A DNA stretch of 62,752 nucleotides, filler included, from Asterionella formosa (taxonomy: Eukaryota), in NCBI GenBank assembly GCA_002256025.1. It is 19 parts of 19 records of this genome, joined end to end, with 100 filler letters (N's around TTAATTAATTAA, not from the genome) between each part and the next. Parts side by side here need not be neighbours in the genome. Positions count along the whole stretch, not along the records: positions 33,133 to 36,339 come from NKIB01014356.1; positions 36,440 to 39,646 come from NKIB01014357.1; positions 39,747 to 42,949 come from NKIB01014358.1; positions 43,050 to 46,251 come from NKIB01014359.1; positions 46,352 to 49,552 come from NKIB01014360.1; 14 more parts are not named here. One strand, given 5' to 3'. Numbering within the stretch: the stretch's first letter is position 1; each line of letters begins with the position of its first letter. The translations under genes and the position numbers were made by a program. Positions 36,101 through 46,920 of the stretch are shown here, piece by piece. The notes beneath the pieces were generated by a model. That model worked only from the letters and a program-made list of their open reading frames with translations. It was not told where the DNA came from and searched no databases.

Positions 36101-36339
36101 GAATCATAGCTATGTGATGTGCTTTATTCAATATTACGTATCATACTTTGGTGATGTATGCATCGATGTAACCCTATCATGATATCGCAGTATCATCTTA
36201 TCAATCATGATGAGATGATTGGGAAGCAAATGTATTCTGCAACGTGCTACAGGGTATATTATTATATCACGCAATTTAGTAGCTAACAAGTCACTCCGCC
36301 TGTAATGTACTAAAGTCAACAGTGCACATACCGTTACTC
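33133..36339. repeat. Mosaic repeat copy (contig nearly identical to 36440-39646)
   Basis: Same ends at offset 3307 with only about 10 substitutions. It contains a 95-bp tandem duplication (33552-33740) and three ~100-bp repeats (34480-34745). Confidence 0.95.
35518..35739 (+). pseudogene. PGRL1: Captured PGRL1 exon fragment
   Basis: KEYCVVDPESGELIRLTVAEKERIFLDALQSYDAAGRQMLKDDEFYLLKEDLQWKNGSE follows a CCCATAG acceptor. Confidence 0.78.
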
Positions 36340-36439
36340 NNNNNNNNNNNNNNNNNNNNNNNNNNNNNNNNNNNNNNNNNNNNTTAATTAATTAANNNNN
36401 NNNNNNNNNNNNNNNNNNNNNNNNNNNNNNNNNNNNNNN

Positions 36440-39400
36440 GTTGCTCATATAGCCGTCAAAATAGCGCAGTAATCTTACCAGAACAACTTCCATTCCGGAC
36501 CTCATTGTCCCTGCCTGTTGTCAACAACAATGCGTGAGCTGACAAGCCATACTAGCATTTTTCGCCAACTATTCCGTTGTTTGATTGGTTTTATGGTCCT
36601 ATGCAGTTACAGAAACAATGAGAAGGAATGATTTGTTAGCTAGTAGTCATGTTACATTGAAACAACGACACGCAATTCCATCGTATCCTCTTGCTTCACT
36701 TACCACAAATCAATGCAACTGAGGATGCATAAGTCTGTTATAGTAACTTTTCAGTAAGCCAAATTCTTGAATAAGTAAGTTTCGGGTATCCAATGTTGTC
36801 GAATAAAACTTACCGGTTCATTTTTGTCATCTTCACTTTGAGAGAAGGTAAACGTTTTGTCAGCTTTGTTCCAACAGAAGTGAATAGGTCCAACGAGCGA
36901 CAAGAGCACTTACGCAATTTGGTTCGGTTTTGTTTTACATTGGTGCTCCCCAAGTCAGCTTTGTTCCAACAGAAGTGAATAGGTCCAACGAGCGACAAGA
37001 GCACTTACGCAATTTGGTTCGGTTTTGTTTTACATTGGTGCTCCCCAACAAGCGAAACGAGCTGTTGAATCAACTGAGAAAAAAGGAAATGTGGCTGCGT
37101 TTAGTTAACAATTTGATGTTGTGCTGCCTGTCTCCCAACGATTGTCATCCTAGTACCACATTGATGGCTTCATTACCTTAAACATTCTCCATCCTTCGAA
37201 GGCACAATGTGTCGAAGTCACAATGTTTTTTTCGTTATGTATTGCGTAAACTTACTTTGCTTTTCATGTGATTTACTACGACATATCTTTTCATGAAGCA
37301 GCAGGCATTGTTTGTTAACATGACAGAACGATTTCAAAAATAAATATGCCATGAATACAGTAATAGAATTTGTAAATATATGTATATATATATATTAAGT
37401 AATATACATTTATAAAATTCAAAGGCGCTCTCGATATGGAACATCTGATATGGTTGAGATGGCCATACTCGCATATACATAATTCGAAAATACTCAATGC
37501 ACTATATGTCCATTGTTTTCCACAACTACGTGTACCGGAATTGTTTCTGAAATTTGTTTGCATCGATATTTTCTACGTCCGTTGAAACTAATTATTTAGA
37601 CCGTTCAAATGCCGCAAGGGTTTTGGTAGCAAATTGTTTAATCCCCTTTTTTGGGCGGGAGCTCTTCATGTGTACCGGTACATCATATGACAATAACAAT
37701 GTATCATTTATACATACAGAGTACCAGTAGCAGGTAGTAACTGATATACTGGGGGTAGTCGGAGTAGTACCGGTAAACTAGCAACAGAACACCATATGTT
37801 CAGGACTGTTGCTACTGCAGTGGGACAGTAAATCATCATAGTTTTAGGATTGTATGATCGTAAAATTATGATCCAAAAGAACACCATATGTTCATGACTG
37901 CTGCTATTGCAGCGGGACAGTAAATCATCATAGTTTTAGGATCGTATGATCGTAAAAGTAAAAACCAATGGAATACCATATATTCAGGACTGTTGCTACT
38001 ACCGTGGGACAATAAATCATCATAGTTCTAGGATTGTATGATCGTAAAACTAAAAACCAATAGTCGGAGTAATAAGCGAGCAACAGAACACCATATGTTC
38101 TGGCATACCTACCCGGTAGTTATCATAAAATTGCTTTTATGAATTTAACTGGCGCGATAATTAGCCATGCTGACGAGTTACTACCGGTACCAGGTAGAAC
38201 GTCTACATCTTTTATCAGCACCTACAGTTATGGTGGTACAATGTTTTTCCCTATTATTTTCTGTCGCAGCTTGTAGAGAGGCTGTGAAAGTCAAAGCGCT
38301 GCCCCCCGCCCCCCCCCTCTATTATACCGGAAAATTTTGGTACATCACCCATTATCGTGCGTTGCAACGGCCCACGACAGGGTGGCTGTGGTTATGGAGC
38401 AGGGGGTAGAACGCCACAACATGACGAAGTCCCAAGGATCATGAATGGGAAGAAAACTTTGCTGCATTCTGGTGGTACCATTGGACTTAGGAAACAGCGA
38501 GGAAGGTTGTATCCCGACGTATCAAATGGTTTCGAATAAAAGGAGTTGGAACGAAGAGATGAGACAAGAACTGACCTGACACTTCTGTCCGACTTGGTTG
38601 ATGGATGTCTCCCGCCTATTTGTGACTTCCTGCGCAACAAAACAAAACTTGCCACAACGACGAATCAAACGGGTTTCGAATATGAGGAGTGGTTGGAACG
38701 AAGAGACTTGTCATAAACATGACACTTCTGTCCGACTCGGTCGATGGAGCAAAAGAAACGACACCATTTTGTTAGTAACTATTTATGAGTAAATAAAAAT
38801 TCTTACTTCCATCTTTCCCCATAGGAATCAAGCAAAAACGAAACTAGTCCTGACAAGGAATACTGTGTTGTCGATCCGGAAAGTGGGGAACTCATTCGTC
38901 TCACAGTAGCCGAAAAGGAGCGTATCTTTCTGGACGCGCGTCAGTCCTATGATGCAGCTGGAAGGCAAATGCTCAAGGATGACGAATTTTACCTATTGAA
39001 GGAAGATTTGCAATGGAAGAACGGATCTGAGCATATATATAGCTAAAACAAGGAAAGACGACACAACAATGAACGTGATGGCTGGTTGTTGAGGATACCG
39101 GTATGTGATATGCATCAATCCATGTCACAAATCATATTATAGTGATGTACATATCAATGCATCTGTATACTTAGATCCTATCCACTGTATAATACTATCA
39201 TATTAAGTGTTGACTTTAAGTGTATACATTAAACGACAAACATATATAATAATTAACATACTTTATGATTGCTTGATTTATATTCTATGATGTCTTGGTA
39301 ACACTTGCGTACATATTTTATCGTATTTTATGGTCATTGTATTATTTTAACATGATCAAAATTATATCATAAACATTTCATAAAATCATCATAATTTTAT

Positions 39401-39646
39401 GATCAATGAATCATAGCTATGTGATGTGCTTTATTCAATATTACGTATCATACTTTGGTGATGTATGCATCGATGTAACCCTATCATGATATCGCAGTAT
39501 CATCTTATCAATCATGATGAGATGATTGGGAAGCAAATGTATTCTGCAACGTGCTACAGGGTATATTATTATATCACGCAATTTAGTAGCTAACAAGTCA
39601 CTCCGCCTGTAATGTACTAAAGTCAACAGTGCACATACCGTTACTC
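36440..39646. repeat. Allelic or duplicate contig of 33133-36339
   Basis: Colinear and >99% identical by inspection. Confidence 0.95.
38825..39046 (+). pseudogene. PGRL1: Captured PGRL1 exon fragment (DARQSY variant)
   Basis: Same as 35518-35739 with a CTT>CGT change. Confidence 0.75.
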
Positions 39647-39746
39647 NNNNNNNNNNNNNNNNNNNNNNNNNNNNNNNNNNNNNNNNNNNNTTAATTAATT
39701 AANNNNNNNNNNNNNNNNNNNNNNNNNNNNNNNNNNNNNNNNNNNN

Positions 39747-41716
39747 ACAATGCAACGGTCATGTTTGCGAACTATATTGGCTAAATATCAAAAATTATTT
39801 GATGGAAAATTAAAAGTTTATCCTCATAAACAGGTACATTTGGAATTATTATCAAATGCCAGCCCTCGTCATCGCGTCGCCTACGTTTATTATTCCTAAA
39901 AAGGATGGAAGTGTCCGATGGGTATCAGATTTTCGTTAACTCAATAAAGTCATCAATCGCAATATATATCCGTTACCTCGAATGCAAACGATTCTCACTA
40001 AACGTTCTGGATATGTATTCTTCACCAAATTGGATTTTTCTATGCAATACTATACTTTCGCATTAGATATGGAGAGTCATAATTTATGCGTTATTTTCAC
40101 TCCATTTGGTTTTTTAAATATTAACGTCTCCCTATGGGGGTGAAACAATCATCTGATATAGCACAAGAAACTATGTAACAGATCCTTAGTGATTTAGATG
40201 ATGTGGAAATTTATATTGATGATGTGGGTTGTTTTTCAATGAATTTTTCGGATCACATTCATTTATTGGATACTATTTTACATCGTTTACAGACAAATGG
40301 TTTTACAATTAATCCATCTAAGTGTGAATGGGCCGTCCAAGAGACAGATTGGTTAGGCTATGATTGGTTAACTCCTAATGGAATGAAACCTTGGTCTAAA
40401 AACAAGGTCCAAGCATTGATTAATATGTCTTCACCTACCAATCTTAAACAAGTCAGATCATTTCTTGGTGCTGTTACGTACTATCGAGACATGTTTCCTA
40501 AACGAGCGACCTCATGTTCTTGGACCGCTTACAGATTTAATTGGAACTAGTCCATTTGTCTGGTTGCCTATACATCAATAAGCTTTTGAATAAATGAAAG
40601 CGTTCTTGATTGCAGATACACTCATGTGTTATCCTGATCATAATCTTCCTTTTCATATCTTTACTACTGATGCCTCTGATTATCAATCAGGATCGGTCAT
40701 TATGCAAAATGATCTCCCAGTTGCTTATTATTCTCGCAAATCATCTGCTGCTCAAAAGAATTATACTACTATTGAAAAAGAATTACTTTCTGTGGTAGAA
40801 ACTTTCAAAGAATTTCGCTCTATGTTATTGGGTGCAGTTCTACATGTTCATACTGATCATCGAAATCTTATTTACGATACTTTACATACTCAACGTGTTC
40901 TAAGATGGAGTCTTTATATTGAAGAATATCATCCTACGTTTCATTATGTTAAAGGGACTGACAATGCTAATGTAGATTCCATCTCTCGCCTCCCGAGGCT
41001 TGAGTCTTTGGTGGGGGATGATATTGGACCGAAATCTCCAGCATCAACATCCGTTTCTACCTTTTCAATTGAATTAGATGATGAACCTTTGCTTACATGT
41101 TTCCTTAATCATCCCATCTTGACAGACAATATTCAATATCCTCTGGATTATAATTTAATACATGATAGACAAGTGCTGGATATACATTTGATTCTCAATC
41201 AACAAACATATCCGTTAAAATTTCCCTCTATCAATTTTCATGACATATTTTTAATATGTTTTGTGAAGAATCCAGGAGATATTTGGCGTATTGCTATTCC
41301 TACATCATTATTGGATCCTATTATGAATTGGTATCATCAGATACTAGCTCGTGTGGGTATGACAAGATTAAATGCTACAATTGCTACACATTTTTATCGC
41401 CCTACATTGAAAGCAAGAGTGGAACATATTGTAAGAGTATGTGAAGCATATCAACGTACAAAATTACCTGGTACTGGTTATGGTGAACTTCCACCCAGGA
41501 ATGCATTATTATTACCATGGTCAGAAGTCGCAGTAGATTTAATTGGTCCATGGAAGATAACAGTGGCAACTCAAGTAATTGAATTTCGTGCTCTAACTTG
41601 TATTGATAAAGTTACCAATTTGGCAGAAATACATGTATCAGTAACAAAACATCAGAATATATTGCGATGAAATTTGAAAATGATTGGTTAGCCAGATATC
41701 CCCATCCAGAACGTTG
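39747..41716 (+). mobile_element. Ty3/Gypsy LTR retrotransposon pol remnant (RT-RNase H-integrase)
   Basis: Motifs PKKDGSVRWVSDFR, YIDD, TDASDYQ.G, AYYSRK...NYTTIEKELL, HTDHRNL, PWSEVAVDLIGPW and ARYPHPERC, with many stops and frameshifts. Confidence 0.92.
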
Positions 41717-42949
41717 TAAGATGAGGGTAATGTTTCATTCCATGAAATTTTGCCATTTGTAAGCCAATTTGAGATATCATTTCCCGTTGTGGACCAATCA
41801 TAATCTTAGTAACTGACATAAATCTCTTCACCCTTTCCTCTAAAATATCAATACATGTTGATGTATATTGTGGTTTGAATAAAGTATCATTGATAGATAT
41901 ACATAGCCATAACAGCAATGTGAAAACGTTTTCTAGGTGCATGTTCTCTGAACCCATCATTCCACCCATTGAAAAAATAGTTAGCAGACATAATCCGGGA
42001 ATTTCTTGCCTTGCCCTGACATTTTCGACAAAGCTGTCATCCCAGATCTGTATGACAATTTTGGAATATCACGATCGCTTTGCCTTGTTTTTCAAATGAC
42101 TATTGATATATCTAGCACTTTGTTCGAAGTATAGTTTCGAAAATACATTTCTGGTGCTGGTACAAGTGTTGGGTCTTCATTTTTGCCAGTGTAGAAATTT
42201 TTGATAACTGGTGCGTGTGTCCTTTTTGGTCTTTGCCCGTTTCTTCGGTTGCTCTTGATCAAGAAAAGCAGAGTCTGTTGTTTCAGTGTTACGTTTATGA
42301 TTGGAGATGTTTTCTGGAATATCTGGAGATTTTCTTTCTTTAAAAAAACATGTCCATTCTTCAGGGATAGTCCGATAATTGTACAAAGATTCCAAAATTT
42401 ACTTATATATTCCAAGTAGTAATTGATGAAGAACCTCAAATGGAGTTGCACCAAATAATCCTTCTAAGTCACCACCAAAAAATGATTTATTAGTGCAGGC
42501 ATAATAGGATTATGCGATGCGATATATCACGGCACCACTCGTTTGCTGTTGCGTATTTGCCATTAGATTGGGAGACACAATACTCAGGTGGGATATATGG
42601 CAATTTTCCATCGGGATATGCATTTTTGTCAAGAAATTTGTTTAAAAACTATTAAACATCTGACACTTTACGACGTTCACATCCAATATCAGGATTATCA
42701 GCATCCTCAGTTGAAACCAGGCAATCACGACAAACATATCGTCGATATAATCCATTACCGCCCCTGAAGCCACAAATTTTATTGTGTTCTTCTGTATCAC
42801 CAATGATCATTCCAATCTGGAAATAAACTTTTGTCATACCAAGACCATGAACCCAAATATCGTATGACTTGTTTGGATCTTCGAAAGGCGACAATAGAAA
42901 TCCTGTAACAGAATGGTATAATTTGAGTCTACATAAGGACAAGTCGTCA
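41717..42949 (-). mobile_element. Plavaka/CMC-like transposase, middle part, degenerate
   Basis: IGMIIGDTEEHNKICG...CRDCLVS and FGGDLEGLFGATPFEVLHQLLLG. It is contiguous with 19899-21100 through the overlap. Confidence 0.7.
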
Positions 42950-43049
42950 NNNNNNNNNNNNNNNNNNNNNNNNNNNNNNNNNNNNNNNNNNNNTTAATTA
43001 ATTAANNNNNNNNNNNNNNNNNNNNNNNNNNNNNNNNNNNNNNNNNNNN

Positions 43050-43785
43050 GTTTTACTAGTATGCATGACAAACAAATATTGCTTCCTCAATGGAACAATT
43101 TTCATTATACCTTCTGGGGTTGCGGACTTGGCAAGAATTGAAATCCATTTGTAAATGTTCTCCTTTCTTAACCAGCTCCTCCGAGTTTCTGTTCTTACCA
43201 TGAACCCAAAAACTGCATCAAACATCTTGATAGATGAGAGGTTCCCTAAATCTTGATATAGACTGGTAGATACTCCTATGTTGTATTAGGAACCACTTAA
43301 AAACTGTAAGCCACCGTTATTTTACTCCATCTTCCGACTAAAAAATATTCAAGTAATATAACAATCGAAACCTGATGCAAGTACGAAGTGTATGTTACAC
43401 GATGCACTCTTTTCTACGAATAAGAAATCAGTTTCGATTCAGGAGTGTATAAAACCATGAAGATCTAATTTTTTTAAAGTCATTAAGATTGTTGCATAGC
43501 GGTGGCTTACAGTGCATATTTTTCTACACAAATCTTGTCTCCTTGTTTTACTATGCATGACAAACAAATATTGCTTCCTCAATGGAACAATTTTCATTAT
43601 ACCTTCTGGAGTTGTGGACTTGGCAAGAATTGAAATCCATTTGTAAATGTTCTCCTTTCATAACCAGCTCCTCAGAGTTTCTGTTCTTACCATGAACCCA
43701 AAAACTGCATCAAACAATATTGATAGACGAGAGGTTCCCTAAATCTTGATATAGACTGGAAGTTAGTCCTATGTTGTATTAGGTA
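43050..43785. repeat. Direct repeat of ~240 bp (43050-43290 and 43545-43785) flanking a small TIR element
   Basis: Two diverged copies of GTTTTACTA..GCATGACAAACAAATATTG...CCTATGTTGTATTAGG. Confidence 0.85.
43302..43514. mobile_element. Putative MITE with CACTG-type terminal inverted repeats
   Basis: ACTGTAAGCCACCG (43303-43316) and CGGTGGCTTACAGT (43500-43513) form a perfect 14-bp inverted repeat. The right end reads CACTG on the minus strand. Confidence 0.6.
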
Positions 43786-43937
43786 TACCATTATGTACAA
43801 CATGTATGTACCCCAATGTAACAACAATACACCCGTACCAAGTAGCTGTGGACTGTGTTTACAATGTATTTGTACCGGCTATTTATACTGGCGCCCAGAC
43901 TGCGCTGTACCTGAACGTACAGACAACGACATTGACA

Positions 43938-46251
43938 ATGCCTAGATGGGAAGAAGATGTCAAACGGTTGAAAGCGAATGATCCAAGTTTGACTGAACTT
44001 TATCTCCGATATAATTTTATTGGTGATGACGGAGCCAAGGCCATTGCAGAGGCTCTCAAGGACAATACTGTCTTGACTACACTTCATCTCAATGATAATT
44101 CAATTGCTGATGACGGAGCCAAGGCCATTGCAGAGGCTCTCAAGGTCAATACTGTCTTGACTAAACTTCATCTCCGACATAATTCAATTGGTGTTGACGG
44201 AGCCAAGGCCATTGCAGTGGCTCTCAAGGTCAATACTGTCTTGACTACTATTGATCTCGGATGGAATTCAATTGGTGATAGCTTACTTAATAAAATTCAA
44301 AGAACAGTTGAGATAAGCAAGCGCGTTCCCAAACCGGATAACATTGATGATAATGTTTTTAAATGTTTCAGGGATCTAGCAGCAGCCCTGATCTGGGGGG
44401 AAACAGCCCATATCGGGGTGGATGATATTAAAGCCCGGTTGAAAAATTGTCCTGAAGCTGCAAAGGTGCAAGATCGCCATGGAAACACTCTGTTGCACTT
44501 TGGCATGAAAGTCCGGGCACCAGTGGAAATTATAAATGCCCTTTTAAAAGCTTGCCCTGCAGCGGTGACAATAAAAGCCAACAATGATGAGACTCCTCTT
44601 GACTGTGGTCTAGGAGGGGAAAAGCGAGTGTCACTAGAATCCATCCAAGCTATTGTGGACAAATATCCCGAGGCCATTAACTCCATGAAAATGCCCTTTA
44701 TTCCACTTCATTTGGCAATTTTTCGACATGAAAAAGCTCCAGAGATTGAGCAGATCTTAAAGGACAACCCAAATTCAGTTGCAAACTATGGCACTCCAAA
44801 CCTGCAGTCACCTCTTCTTCTCGCGTTGCAAGAAGGAGATTATCCTGATTTTGAGGTCGTCCGTATTGTGATTGAGAATCACCCAGATGCGACTAACACT
44901 CTTGATAATGAAACGAGCTATAATCCATTTACTTTTTGTGTTTCCAGGCTCCTTCAATCGATAAAGAAATATGCAACCCATGATTTTGGAGATGGCAATC
45001 TGTCTTTCGAAAAAAAGTACGTGTTACAAAAGAAACTGTCAAGTCCAATTGAAATTTGGTATAAGGTTTTGCGGCTTTTGTGTGCATCCCTCAATGACGT
45101 TGGCGACCTCAAGCAATTGTGCATGCTAGACACACCCCAAGCTGAGAAAGTTTCAGAGAGGCTGAGCCTTTTCTTCTTGGTTCCAGAGCCGCTGGGCTTT
45201 TTCTTTTGGGTGCTCGCCACCAATGATTTTGATGGAAGCAAGACTCTCCCACTCCTCAATTTGAATCAAGAACCAATACCTAATTGGACCGTTTTGGAAA
45301 TCTTGGTGGATCTTGGAACAAAAGATGCGGCCGATATATTCTTCCAGATAGAGGAACAGCTGAGAGGGTCCGAAGAACAGGATCAGCTGGAAATCTCCAT
45401 CTATAATCATAGCAAAACAAAAGTAGCGTCATTTCAGTCCATTGCTCAAGTTGAGGAAGGGACATGGCAAACGGTTGCCAATATGGCAAACGGTTGCCAA
45501 TATGGCAAAACGGTCCAAGCTTCCCAAGCTCAAAGAGTGGGGTGATAAATACGGAAGGTTTCTTGGAAAATATCTAATACAGGAGGAGAAGCATTTCTCA
45601 GGTACCTGTGTCGTTCATTTTGGAACAGAAATTAAATCTGAAAACACAAAAGAAACCAATGTAGCTCTCAAGTTCTTTAAAGACAATTCCGCTTTCCTGC
45701 GTGAATTGGAAAAGCGGGACTTGATCAGGAGCAAAGTTACTGCTACCGATCCTGCAAACCAATTTGTTATTGGTGTGAGAGCTGCATATTCAGACAACAA
45801 GAAAGGGTTGAATGCATCTGATTATCAGAATGTTAAATTTGAGTGTAACCAGACAATCGAATGGAAAAGGAAAAAAGGAGGCAATGAATTCAGTAACCAG
45901 ACAATCGATCGGGACATTGAAGAAGACATTGAATTCAATCATCTCCTAGTCATGGATTGTGGGATTAAGAATGACCTCAGTGACGTTATATCGCATGAAA
46001 ACATTGCGGGCAAGGACGTGCATGCAGTGCGTTCCATTGCAATCCAAATTGCCAACTGCCTTCAGTTTCTTAATGAAAGGTGTGAAGTCATGCATGGAGA
46101 TGTGAAGGCTCGAAATTTCGTGTGTCGTGGTGAGGGTGTTGGATATGCTGCGATCGATCTTGATAACGCGGCATCAATTGGCGAATATGCTGGTCAGAAG
46201 CCAACAAGTTCTGGATACTTGCCTCCTGAACAGGCTGCTGTTGAGTACAAT
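43938..46251 (+). pseudogene. LRR (RNI-like)-ankyrin-like-protein kinase gene, frameshifted; 3' end beyond the contig
   Basis: 28-aa LRRs (84-nt period), ankyrin-like GNTLLHFG/ETPLDC/IPLHLAI/SPLLLAL, and kinase VALK, HGDVKARN, DLD, GYLPPE. The frameshift is caused by a 19-nt tandem duplication at 45464-45501. Confidence 0.85.
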
Positions 46252-46920
46252 NNNNNNNNNNNNNNNNNNNNNNNNNNNNNNNNNNNNNNNNNNNNTTAAT
46301 TAATTAANNNNNNNNNNNNNNNNNNNNNNNNNNNNNNNNNNNNNNNNNNNNTTTTTAATTTCAGAGCGCGCCCAATATTAAGAACGCCCCTTACAAATGT
46401 ACTGTACCACACTTCCGCCTGTCCCTCCGCCCCTCCAGTTTTGAAGCCACGCAATACTGATTGCGACGCACAGCCAAGCGAAACAGGCCAGGATCAAAAT
46501 CAACAAAATATATACCGGTACGAGTAATGCAAAAAAAATGTGGCAGTCTTCTTGTACCGGTTGTCTTGTTCTACATTGAGGACTACCGGTAAACGAAAAT
46601 GGACAAGGTATACACAATACCGTGTATAATAATGATACATTATCAGGGCATCATGATGTTCATGGTCAGGAGTGCAAACTACCTGGTACCAGTACCAGGT
46701 ACTAATCATAATGAATTTAGGACCGGTACATACGTACCGGTGGAATATTTAATTATAACAAAATCAGACGGTGGTTTTCGTTGGTGCCAGCGATATTCTT
46801 TTCTCATTCATGCCATATTGTTGACTATCGACTGACACTCTGACGACCCGTTTGGCATTGACCATTCAGATTCAACTCTATCAATAATCAAAGAGAAGAA
46901 GGTCTCTAGAAAGCGAGAAA

